Assembly (NCBI RefSeq): GCF_016432865.1
Contig: NC_067400.1
Span: forward strand, 612,870,001-612,934,000
DNA from: Antechinus flavipes
Taxonomy: Eukaryota
DNA length: 64,000 bases
Direction: 5' to 3'
The stretch's first letter is position 1, and each line of letters opens with the position of its first letter. The position numbers and the translations under genes are program-made. This document shows, in pieces, positions 38,051 through 50,231 of this stretch. Below the pieces are notes generated by a model, which was not told where the DNA came from, searched no databases, and saw only the letters and a list, made by a program, of their open reading frames with translations.

Positions 38051-40229
38051 ATACATACAAAAGTGTTACTATCAATATTTTGCTACATCTAGTCTTTCTT
38101 TTTGTCACTATTACCTTGGAGCATCTGCCCATCATTGGAGTCTCGGGTTTCTCCATTCATAAAGCCACTGCCTTGGGTCAGGTCCTTAGCATCCCATGTT
38201 TGGAAGATTGCCTTCTGTTTGAACTCCCTACCTCAAGGCCTCTCCCCACTCCAATTAATCATCCACTTGGATGTCAAAGAGATTTTCCTAAATATTCATG
38301 ATTTTCCCTTTCCTCCTCCTCCTCCTTCCCTAATAAATGTCACCATCAGGATCCAATATAAAATCCTCTTCACCACTTGACTCCTGCCTTTACTGTTTCT
38401 CTTATTCTTCTAAGGATAGAATGCTGAGTGTCTCATACACTTACTAACTGTGTGATCCAGGGCACTTCATCTCTGTCTTCCTCAGTTTACTTAACTATAA
38501 AATGAAAAAAATAATATCATTCATCTCCCAAGATTGCTATCAGAGTCAAATGAGATATTTATAATACGATTGCATAATCATTTGGTACATAGTCAGTACT
38601 CCATTTCCCATCTCCTTGAATTGTCCCCATAACTGGAATGCTCTCTTCTCACCTTTGCCTCTTGGGTTCCCTGACCTTCTGAAAGACTTATGTTGTGTGT
38701 GTGTCTATACAGTTCATATATTATGTATACACACACATACACACACACATATAACATGTACACAAGCACAAGATCGTTTGTGAGTTGTCTCTTCAATTAG
38801 AATATGAACTTCTTGAGAGCAGGGACAAAGTTGTTGCTCTTGGCATTCCCAGAACTTAGTACTGCAATGAACTTAGCACATGATAGAAGTTTAATACATA
38901 TTTATTGATTTTTCCCCTCAATTGATCTCTTTATTTTTCTAGATCCATTAATTTCATTTGGGCTAAAAAATATTTTCAATTTCATATAATCAGAATTATT
39001 TGTTTTCTTTTTTAAAAAGCCAACAAATATTTTTATGACATTGCCCCCCCCATAATATTTTTTCCAATCACATGTAAAAACAATTTCCAACATTCATTTT
39101 TTGAAAGATTTTGAGTTCAAGTTTTTCCCTCCCTCCCTTCCTCTCCTCTCCATTCCCCAAAGAGCAAGCAGCCTGAAACAGTTTCTATTTGGGCAATCCC
39201 ATAAAACATATTTCCACGTTAAAAACATTGTGAAAGAAGAAACAGGACAAAAGGAGAAAAATGTTATTTTCTCTTTTGTGACAGATTCTATTATTTGTCT
39301 GATTAAGAATTCATCTCCTACCCTAAAAGTGGGAAAGGAAATGATCTCATCTTCTGATTGCTTTGTGTAATCTTTAATATTCAGGTTCTGGATCTATTTT
39401 GAATTTACTGTGGTATATGTTGTATGATATTGGTCTGAGTCTAATTTCTGCCAGAGGTAAGCTCACTGTATTTTTTAGTTGACCTAGACACCAGATCCTG
39501 CTTCAGTTCTATATCCCATCCAATCACCTATGACATCTTAAAATATCTTCCCTCCCCCCATTTTGCAAGGCAATTTGGGGTTAAGTGACTTGCCCAGGAT
39601 CACACAGCTAGGAAGCTAGGAAGTGTTAAGTACCTGAAGTCATATTTGAACTTAGGTCCCCTTGACTTCAGGGCTGGTGCAAAATCTAGCTGTCCTTCAT
39701 CTAGGAGCTGTCTACAAGCTCAACTGTTCCCTAAACCTTTTCAAATTCTCTCAAAAGAAAACTCCCTTCCCTAATCATCTTATGCACACACACATATTTG
39801 CATGTGTGTGTGCAAATCTGTATATGTATATGTATACATGCATGCACATATAGTCTTTGCCTTCTTAAAAAGGAAATTCTTAATTGCACATGTTTAACAT
39901 ATATTGAATTACTTGATATCTAGGAGAGGAGGTGGGGGAAAGGAGGAAGAAAAAATTTGGAACACAGAACTTTGCAAGGGTGAAAACACTTTGCATATAT
40001 TTTGAAAATAAAAAGCTATTTAAAATTTTTTAAAAAGGGAAAAAGTGAGTTATTTGAAATGTCTCTTTTTTTTTTTCATCTTTGGTTCCTCTGGGCTTAT
40101 ATAGTCCTTGGCATTTAGGTAAGTTCTTAACAAATACATACTTTCCCATTCGTTAATTCCAACATATAATTCCAACAAGATATGTCCTGAAACAGTGACT
40201 TCAAAGCAAAAATGAGAGTGGCCAAAATA

Positions 40230-40387
40230 TTTTTATTAATTAAAGCTTTTTATTTTTCAATACAGTGGCCAATTCTTCAATATTAGCCTTTGCAAAACTC
40301 TGTGTTCCAATTCCCCCCCTGCTCCCCATGCCCTCCCCTAGATGGCAAGTAGGCCAATATATGTTAAACATGGTAGAAATATATGTG

Positions 40388-40419
<32 letters not shown>

Positions 40420-41850
40420 CATGTTTATACAATCGTGCTGCACAAGAAAAAAAGAGAGAAGCAAAATAAAATGCAAGCAAACAACAATAAAAAGAATGAA
40501 AACACTATGTTGTGAACCACACTTACTTCCCATAGTCTTCTCTATGGGTATAGATGGCTCTCTTCATCATTGAACAATTGAAACTGGTTTGAATCATCTC
40601 ATTGTTGAAGAGAGCCATGTCCATCAGTCTGGATCATCTTATAATCTTTTTGTTGCCATGTATAATGATTGCCTGGTTCTGCTCATTTCCCTGAACATCA
40701 GTTCATGCAAATCTCTCCAGGACTCTCTGAAATCATCCTGCTGGTCATTTCTTACAGAACAATAACATTCCATAACATTCATATACCATAACTTATTCAT
40801 TTTCCAGTTGATGGGCATTCATTACATTTCCAGTTTCTAGCCGCTACAAAAAGAGCTGCCACAAACATTTTTGCACATGTGGATCCCTTTCCCTCCTTTA
40901 AGATCTCTTTGGGAAATAAATCTAGTAGAAACACTGCTGGGTCAAAGCAGTGATTACTTTTTGAGCATAATTCCAAATTGCTCTCCAGAATGATTGCATT
41001 TATTCACAGTTCCACTGATAATGTATCAGTGTCCCAGTTTTCCCAATTCCCACATCCCCTCCAACATTCATCATTGTCTTATCCTGTCATCTTAGCCAGC
41101 CTGACAGGTGTGTAGTAATATCCCAGAGTTGTTTTAATCTGTATTTCTCTGATCAATAGTGCTTTAGAGTATCTGTTCATAGGACTAGAAATAGTTTCAG
41201 TTTCTTCATTTAAAATTGTCTGTTTATATCCTTTGAACATTTATCAATTGGACAATGGCTTGAATTCTTATAAATTTGAGTCTATTCTCTATATATTTTA
41301 GAAATGAGGCCTTTATCAGAACTTTTGAATGTAAAAATGTTTTCTCAATTTATTGCTTCCCTTTTAATCTTGTTTGCATTAATTTTGTTTGTACAGAAAC
41401 TTTTTAACTTAATATAATCAAAATTATCTATTTAGTGTTCAATAATGAACTCCAGTTCTTCTTTGGTCACAAATTCTTTTCTCCTCCACAGATCTGAGAG
41501 GTAAACTATCCTATGTTCTTCTAATTTGTTTATATCATTATTTATGTCTAGATCACGAACCCATTTCCACCTTATTTTGGTTTACAGTATTAGGTGTGGG
41601 TCAATGCCTAGTTTCTGCCATACTAGGTTCCAATTTTTGCAGCAATTTTTGTTGAACAGTGAGTTCTTAACCCAAAATCTGGGATCTTTGGGTTTGTCAG
41701 GCACAAGATTGCTATGGTTATTGACTATTTTGTCCTGTGAACCTAACCTATTCCATTGATCGGCTATTCTATTTCTTAGCCAATACCAAATGGTTTTGAT
41801 GACCGCTGCTTTATAATATAATTTTAGATCTGGTTCAGCTAGGCTACCTT
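40230..41850 (-). mobile_element. L1 ORF2 3' part and 3'UTR
   Basis: Minus-strand peptide PDLKLYYKAAVIKTIWYWLRNRIADQWNRLG is canonical L1 ORF2. Confidence 0.9.
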
Positions 41851-42848
41851 CATTTGCAATGAATGCCAAAAATATTGAGAAATGTGGTTCAGGATTAAAG
41901 AATGACATAGTCCAAAAACTTATAGATTGCAAAGAAGTCTTATACTCAATGAATACTGTCTTAGAGGAAAGACCTGGAAGACACTGGTCATGGGAAGCAG
42001 CAAACAATATTTTTTTCCTCAACAAATTTTAAAGGGTTTTAATAGATCATTTTCAAAGTGAAGAATGCAAGCTATAAATGATCTATGAAAAAGTCCATAA
42101 TAAATTATTGTTATTGTTCAGGAATTTCACTAATGTACCCATTTCCGTGACCTCATTTGGTTTTTTTTTTTGTGTGTGTGTGATTTGACATTTCCTTCTC
42201 TAAATCATTTTACAAAAATGAGGAAACTGAAGCAAAGTGAAAGCAAACTCAAAGTTTCTGAGTCTTGATTTGAACTCAGGGCTTCCTGATGACTAATAAT
42301 TAGAAAAAATGCCAATTACAACTCTGAGGATAATCTCACAGTTTTCAGATTGATCTTCTTAAAGTTTTTTTTTAGGGAAAGTGATAATTAGGAAAAGATA
42401 ATTATAAATGTTAGAGGGAATGTGGGAAAACTGGAATACTAATACATTGTTGGTGGCATTGTGAACTGATACAGCCATTTTGAAAAGCAATGTGGAACTA
42501 TGCCCAAAGGGCTATCAAATTGTGCATACCCTTTGATCCAGCAGTCTCTTTACTAGGTCTATATTCCAAAGAAATCATAAAAGAGGGGAAAGGACCCAAA
42601 TGCAAAGATGTCTGTAGCAGCTTTTTTAATATAGTGGCAAGGAGATGCCCATCACTTGGGGAATGGCTGAATAAGTTATGGTATTGTATGTTAGGGAATA
42701 TTATTATTCTTTTTTTCTTTTCCTGAGGCAGTTGGGGTTAAGTGACTTGCCCAGGATCACATAGCTACGAAGTGTTAAATGTCTGAGGCCAAATATGAAC
42801 TCAGGTCTTCCTGACTTCAGGGCTGGTACTCTCTTCACTGCACCACCT

Positions 42849-44555
42849 CACTTGCAGAACAAAGACCCCTATGGTATTTACACACTAATTTGGTTCTTCC
42901 TCTTCCCCAATCAAAGCAATTGAAGATGGAGCATAAATTAAGGGGCGGGGGAGGGAGGGGCAGAAAACAGGGTAATGAGCGAAATGATTATTAAATAACA
43001 AGTTATGGCAGAGATTTCTGACTTTACCCAAAATTTGGGCTACCTATCCTGTCTTGGTGGAGTTGTTTCCCCATGCAAAACTTTTTTCCCCATAGAAAAA
43101 CTTTTCAAAGAGATTCTAGTCCCAAGAAATCCAATCTTCTGTGTTTTAATCTGCCAAAACTGAAAGGCAGACCCCCATTTGTCAAGATTGTCCTAGGCAG
43201 GGATAGTTTGAATAAGAGTAATGATCCCCCCCCCCCAAAAAAAATGGAGGAGCTGGGAATTGAGGCCAATTGGGGAAAGGAGGGAGCTTAGGATCAGAAG
43301 TCTCTATCCCTGGGCAGTCAAAAGGGAAGCTGACCATCCATGTAGAGTGAAGCCCCAGTCCCCACCCCGCTGCCATGGCCAAGAAACTGATGGGGGCAGA
43401 GGGACCTGAGGGAGAGTGAAAACAGACACCAGTTTAAAAAAGAAAAAAAAAATCCAACCTGAAACCTGACCATGGGAAACAGTTTTCTAGTCTCATAGAG
43501 ACATTGGTTAGCAACCTGCATAGCCCCCCAGGGTGTTCCCCCATTCCCTCATTAGAATAAGCCCACCTCTCATTATAACATTCATTCATCTCATTGTTAA
43601 CCTATCAGCTATTGCCATCCTTAAGAACAACTACCCTTCCAAGTACATATGAGCATTGACTGGGTTCCATGAAGAGTCGTTGGCACCCAGAAATGCCACT
43701 GACCCGAATGTCAAAGAACACTTTTAAATAATTAGCTGCTATATGTAAGTATGTGTATGGATGAATATATATGTCTATAGATAAATAAATCTGTGCATAA
43801 CAGTAGCCTACTTGGGAGAGATGGGGAAGAATGAAAGGGAGAAAAAAGAATAATGTAAAAAATGCACAGCAGAAAATAAAAGTATAACCTATAGGGAAGC
43901 AAAGATGAATACTCATGAAAATAATATTTTCTAGTATCATATATGTTTTCTCAAAGTGGAAATTCATTATTGTATATTTTGAATCTCTCTGATGTTCTGC
44001 TGGACACATAATTTTTTTTTTTGTTTTTTACTTTCTTTTTCTGTCCTTTTTCTATTCTGTTCTTTCTTATATTGTATTCAGGTCAATAAAAAAAGATCTG
44101 CTAGCAATAATCAAATTATTAATTACCCAGAAACTATATCTCTTGAACTTTTTATGTCATAGTAAGAAAGTAATAAGACATCAACAGAGTCAAAGTGTCT
44201 GTATCCTTTTATCTCTTTAGGAAGTGTGAAGTTTCTTTGATTAAATTGGACGCCATCAAGCAGTCTGCTTCTAAACAAATGGGCAAGTAAGCCAAAACAA
44301 AATGTGACCAAAAGAAAATCTATTCTGTCCAGCTTCTGAATTTAGATTAGAGGATTATAAAATATTAAAAACATTAAAATATGAAATCGTTGGTCTTCAC
44401 AGTGCTCAAAGTCCTCCAACCCTTCATCTGGATTTTAAGTTTATTAGTTGAAACAACCTCTTTTCTCTCAATTCATAAGACTATAGCCACATAGCAAGAA
44501 ATGTAGGAAAAAGAATTCAGTGTGCTTGCTTGGAATATTTTAACCCTAAATCTAT
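42849..44555 (+). repeat. Third, gene-less copy of the IFNL 3'-flank duplicon
   Basis: 42849-43230 matches 52464-52840 and 60999-61380; 43538-43760 matches 61395-61615; 43865-44270 matches 53045-54550 (less an L1 insert); 44280-44555 matches 63673-64000. Confidence 0.85.
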
Positions 44556-46635
44556 CCCCAAATTTTCTTTTCCTTGCCTTATTGCCAATTTTAAAATTAC
44601 AGCTTTTTATTGACAAAACAAATGCGTGGGTAATTTTTCAACTCTGACTCTTGCAAAAACTTCTGTTCCAACTGTTCCTTTCCTTCTTTCCACTCCTCTC
44701 CTAGATGGCAGATAGTCCCATATATGTTAAATATATTAAAGTATATGTTAAATACAATATATGTATTCATATTTATATAGATGTCTTGCTACACAAGAAA
44801 AATCAGATTTAGAAAGAGGGTAAAAATAACCTGGGAAGAAAAATAAAAATGCAAGCAAACAACAACAGAAAAAATATAAATGCTATGTTGTGGTCCACAT
44901 TCCTTTCCCAGTGTTCTTTAGCTGAGTGTAGCTGGTTCTGTTCATTACTGATCAATTGGAACTGATTTGGCTCATCTCATTGTTGAAGATGGCCACTTCC
45001 ATCACAATTGATCCTCTTATAGTATTGTTGTTGAAGTGTATAATGATCTCCTGGTTCTGCTCACATCACTTAGTATCAGTTCATATAAGTCTCTCCAAGA
45101 CTCTCGGGAATCATCCTGCTGGTTATTTCTTATAGAACAATAATATTCCATAACATTCATATACCACAATTCACCCAGCTGTTCTCCAAATGATGGGCAT
45201 CCATTAAATTTCCAGTTCTAGCCACTACAAAAAGGGCTGCTACAAACATTTTTGCACATACAGATCCCTTTCCCTCCTTTCAGATCTCTTTGGGATATAA
45301 GGCCAGTAGTAACACTGCTGGATCAAAGGGTATGTGTTATGAGCTAGAACTCTGTACTTGAAACCAGGATTCCTACAAGGTGCTAACTCAGTGGAATTGA
45401 TAAGAGAATGGTTATCTTGTTTAGCATGGTGTTTAATAGTTCTCTAGTTCAGTATGATTGATTTAATCTTACCACAAATAATGGTTCTCTAGTGATATAA
45501 TGATTGTTTTATATTCAGTATATTGTAAATGACCTAATTATACTAGAGTATATAAGCTGGGATAAACTTAGCCAGAGGCAGACTCGGAAAAGACAGAGGA
45601 CTGGAGGCTGGAGCTCAGGCTCTCCCAGAGAGATTCACTCCATCTCACACCACCAGGTGGCTGGCCTCCTGCATTTCCTCCACTGAGACCAAGCTAGTGT
45701 TGGCCCCAGGCAAGGACGTGATAAAGAATTTGGACTTCAACACCTGGCTATTCTTGTGGTGATTAATCTGCTGAAATGGAGGCTGCTCCAAGACCTCCAG
45801 AAAACCAACCAGAACATTACAGGTATGCACAGTTTAACAACTTTTTGAGCATAGTTCCAAATTGCTCTCCAGAATGGTTGGATCCATTCACAATTCCACC
45901 AACAATGCATCAGTGTCCCAGTTTCCCCATATCCTCTCCAATATTCATCACTATCTTTTCCTGTCATGTTAGCCAATCTGAGAGGTATATAGTGGTATCT
46001 TAGAGTTTTCTTAATATGCATTTCTCTGATCAATAATAATTTGGAACATCTTTTCATATGGGTAGAAATAGTTTCAATTTCATCATCTGAAAATTGTTCA
46101 TATCCTTTGATTTCTCAATTTGATTTCTCAATTGGAGAATGGCTTGATTTCTTATAAATTTGAGTCAATTCTCTATATGTTTTGGAAATGAGACCTTTAT
46201 CAGAACCTTTAACTGTAAAGATGTTTTCCCAATTTATTGCTTCGCTTCTAATCTTGTCTGCATTAGTTCTATTTGTATAAAAACTTTTTAACTTGATATA
46301 ATCAAAATTTTCTGTTTTATGATCAATAATGATCTCTAGTTCTTCTTTGGTCACAAATTCCTTCCTCCTCCACAGGTCTGAGAAGTAAACTATCCTATGT
46401 TCTAATTTATTTGTAATCTCATTCTTTATGCCTAGATCATGAACCCATTTTGATCTTATCTTGGTGTATGGTGTTAAATATAGGTCACTGTCTAGTTTCT
46501 GCCATACTGATTTTTAATTTTTCCAGAAGTTTTTGTCAAATAGTACATTCTTATCCCAAAAGTTGGGGGTTTTGGGTTTGTCAAACACTAGAGTGCTATA
46601 GTTATTGACTATTTTGTCCTGTGAACCTAACCTAT
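44555..46635 (-). mobile_element. L1 3' portion interrupted by a solo LTR
   Basis: L1 3'UTR/ORF2 sequence continuous across the LTR insertion (GATCAAAGGGTATG|...|GGTATGCACAGTTT). Confidence 0.85.
45335..45821 (+). mobile_element. Solo LTR, 487 bp, 6-bp TSD (class II/ERV2-like)
   Basis: Starts TG, ends CA; TSD GGTATG at 45329-45334 and 45822-45827; TATATAAG ~45550; CTCF-like CCACCAGGTGGC 45650-45661. Confidence 0.9.
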
Positions 46636-47241
46636 ATAGCAAATCCCTACAACCTGCCCTACTCCCCACATCTTCAAAGGGTAACAGGAAATCTCTTTTG
46701 AGATTAAAGGGGAACACAAGGGAGAAAATGTATTTTAGGCAAAAACAACAGAATCTCCTTTCCTTTCTCTAATGTTAGGCTTGCCTTCTTGTCATGGAGC
46801 ACTAATTGAACAAGATATTATCCCATAGCACTGTATTGATGTTTGCCCACACTCATGGGCATGTTATTGGTGAGCAATGCACCTCCCTCTTTTCCATCCT
46901 CAAACAATAAAACCCAAAAGCACTCTGTGGGGCACAGGTTAAATCTTTTCACTATCGAGGATAGTAGAGTATATCTGGTTTCTAACAGCATAGTCCCAGA
47001 TGTGCTAAGAAAGGAAATGGAAATAACACAGAAGAAAACAGAGATGTAGGCTAGAGGCAACCCAATCATAAAGATGTTGAGAGGATCTTCCCAGAGTATG
47101 TGAAACCAAGGGAGGGGAGATTTTTAAAAATCTCAGAAAACCTCTTAGAACATATCATTACAATCAAAAGAAGACATCAATCATTACCAACTCATAGGAG
47201 GCTTCCTTTCCTATCTATTTAAATATTTTATGAGAATATTT

Positions 47242-47280
<39 letters not shown>

Positions 47281-47648
47281 GGGCATTCTTACTGAGAGCA
47301 GTAGAAGGGAACAAAGAAAAGGCAATCAGAAAGAGCTAACCATATCTTTCACAGTCTACAGTTGAGTAAGATGTGTAGGAAATACAGATCCTAATTATTA
47401 CTTAGAAAAATTTACATGTAAATATGTATGGATATATATATATGCATAGAAAAAACATTTCATTTGGTATAGCAAAATATTCTTGAAGACTCTCTGGAGA
47501 GACAAGATGTTTCCCATTTGTCCATCAAGAGGAAGTAAGAATCTTTATTCAATGACCATCTGATCTTTAACATCAAGTAATGTGGGAGATCCAACTTAGA
47601 TTTGCAACAAATTGTGTACTTTGGAAACTTGTATTTGGGAATTATATT

Positions 47649-48700
47649 TGTTAAAGACCATGCCTAAGTGTGAAGGGGTAAGTCAATTTTCCAAAAGCTC
47701 CCACTATGAATCACAACACCCCTGAAGGAATTGCAAATCAGCTTTTATTGACATAAATGTTAATTGTGGATTGGGAATGAAATAAATTGGAGGCAAGGGA
47801 GAAGAGGAGAGAGGTTAGAGAATGCACCTGCCTCTCAGTCTCCTGGTATTGTTATCATGCTCTCACATGAAAGGATCTATTCTGCTGGGCAGAAGTAGAT
47901 CCCCAGCAACCACTAACAAGAAGCTCTTGTACAAAATGGCACCCAGTGTGGGGAACAAGAAGCAGCAGCAGTAGCAGTAGTGTTCTAGAGCTGCTAGATA
48001 GTCACATTGTGAATCATAACACACCTGAAATAATTCAAAACAGCCTTTACCGATGCAGATGTTCCTTCTGAGAGGATGATAATGATACAAGGCTGATTTG
48101 CAACTCCTTCAGGGCTGTTATGATTTAGAGCTTCGGGGGCTTTCAGAAAAACGACTGGCCCCTTCACACTTAGGCATGGTCCTCAACAATTCCTCATTTT
48201 TTTTGTTTTATGGGAATACAATTATTTTTCCCACAACAGCATGGTCAATAAGTATGTACAGTAGCTGTTATCTGAGTCTGCATGTTCCCATGCTAAGGAG
48301 AAAACAGGATTGTCAAAGTCTTTTCTATCCTATTCCTCTGGATGTTTGCAGGATGAGACACTATAGCAGGTATTGAATCTTGTGAGATGTTATGGAGGCA
48401 AGATCTCTGACAAGTGGAGAAGTAGGATTTTAGTCAGTAGGCATTTTTCATAAGTTTCTCATCAATCTCCTGGCTAGACATCTTTGATGTGTTGGCCCAT
48501 TTTAATTATGCCAATTGAAAAAGTCTTACCAGGTCTCTTCTCCCTTTCCTTCCCCACAGGTTAAAGCAGGAAGTCTCCTGGGAGGATCCTACTCCTGAAC
48601 AACTCTCAAGCACTGCTACTGCTGCTGCTGCTGTTGCTGCTTCTTTGTTTACTTTGTTACTTTCCAGGTGGTGAAAAGCTCTTTCATACACTTGTGGAAA
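47649..48700. mobile_element. Nest of ERV fragments: two opposed LTR 3' ends, Lys-PBS-like site, minus-strand leader/gag-start remnant
   Basis: ~100-bp inverted arms 47649-47750 and 48085-48188 ending in CA; TGGCACCCAGTGTGGGGA 47937-47954 (14/18 to the tRNA-Lys1,2 PBS); minus-strand CCTG|GTAAGA donor and ATGGGCCAA (MGQ) at 48500. Confidence 0.6.
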
Positions 48701-49490
48701 GACTAAAAGATGGGAAAAGGAAAGGGAAAGAGGAGCAAAGAAAAGAGCTGGAGGGGGAGAAGAAATTATGGGAGAAAGAAAAGGAGAGGGAAGACAGGAT
48801 AGAGAAAGAAAAGGGGTATTGAGCGGGGGGAAACAGAAAGAGACTGGAGAAGAGAAAAGATGGAAGGTGTGGGAAGAGGCAAGGGTCTGACTGGAGGGAG
48901 AAGGGGAGAGGAGGGAGGGAAGAGATGTAGGAGGAGAGAGGGGAAAGGGCAGCATATGATGGGGAAAAGAGAATAGGATGAAAAAAGAAAAAGGGGGAAG
49001 GGATTATGAGGATGGAAGGAGGGGAAGAGGAGGGAAGAGCAATTGCAAGATAGGATGGAGGGAGCAAAAATGGAGGAGTGGGAAAATGATAGATAGGGAA
49101 TGGGAAAAGTTGGGAGAGGGAGAAAGAAAGAGGAAGAGAGAAAAGAGTTGGGGGAAAAAGGAGAGGGAAGGGGTTAGAAGAAGAGTCAGAACTAGGTAGA
49201 AAGATGAGGAGAGAGAAATAGGGACAAAGGGAGAAGGACAGAAAGAATAGGGAAGAGAAAGAGGTAAGAGAAGACAGGAATGGAGAGGGAGGGAGGACAG
49301 ACAAGAGATGGCTCGGACCTGAAAAGGAAGCCCGTATAGGGATGGAGGAAAAGATGAGAATAAAACGGGAGGGAGGGGAAGAGAAAGGTGCTGGGGAAGG
49401 GAGAAGAGACAGGGGAAATTGACATAAATAGAGAAGGCTGGGGAAAGATGTGGAGGAAATTGACAGGATAAGAAAGAGACGAAGGTGGGA
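48700..49490. repeat. Long purine-rich (GA-rich) low-complexity tract
   Basis: ~800 bp strongly dominated by A/G on the plus strand; continues at 49770-49960. Confidence 0.9.
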
Positions 49491-49496
49491 AATGAA

Positions 49497-49780
49497 TATA
49501 AACTACTTGCATTTTTGTTTTTCTTCCCGGGTTATTTCTACCTTCTGAATCCAATTCTCCCTGTGCAACAAGAGAACTGTGCGGTTCTGCACACATATAT
49601 TGTATCTAGGATATACTGCAACCCATTCAACATGTAAAGGACTGCTTGCCATCTGGGGGAGGGGGTGGAAGGAGGGAGGGGAAAAATCGGAACAGAAGTG
49701 AATGCAAGGGATAATGTTGTAAAAAATTACTCTGGCATGAGTTCTATCAATAAAAAGTTATTAAAAAAAAGAGAAAGAAA
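49497..49780 (+). mobile_element. Short young L1 3' end with A-rich tail
   Basis: Nearly identical to 30270-30550. Confidence 0.85.
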
Positions 49781-50046
49781 GAAAGAAAGAAAGAGACGGA
49801 GGAAGCTAAGAGTAAAAGAGGATTGGAGGGGGAAAAGGGAGAGATGCGGGGGAGGAAGAGTGCTGGCATAGAGATCCAAGGGATAAAGAAGGGGAGAAAA
49901 AAGGGGGGTTTGGGGCAGGAACAGGATGGAGGTCTGAAAGGGGGAGATGAGCCGGAAAGAGGCCACGAGGAGGGAAGGTGTGCCCCATCCGGGGCGAGTG
50001 CAGGAGCTGCTGCTTTTGTGGAACCACTGGCTACATGACCTTGCTC

Positions 50047-50177
50047 TTTCAGTTTCCCTTTCCTGGTACCCGCTCTTTTTCATGCAGACACCTGCCTCGC
50101 CCCTTCCGCTGAGGGATTTTTGGAATCTGTTTCCATTTTTTACGCATCTGTGGAATCTCCGGCTGGGCCGCTTAAAA
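50047..50177 (+). promoter_or_regulatory. IFNL copy A promoter: triple IRF/ISRE, broken kB site, TATA-like box
   Basis: TTTCAGTTTCCCTTTCC 50047-50063 (contains the AGTTTCNNTTTCC ISRE consensus); TGGAATCTCC 50151-50160; TTAAAA 50172-50177. Confidence 0.75.
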
Positions 50178-50231
50178 GTGCAGGGATGAAGCCGTCTCCT
50201 GAGACACTTGCCACCTCACTTCTCCAAGGCC

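Noticed and set aside
48190-48500. Functional retroviral gag gene
   Set aside because: After the minus-strand MGQ start, stops appear within a few codons; at most a decayed remnant.
48684-49596. ORFs of 134-206 aa in the GA-rich tract
   Set aside because: Ser/Pro/Leu/Phe-rich translations of simple sequence.
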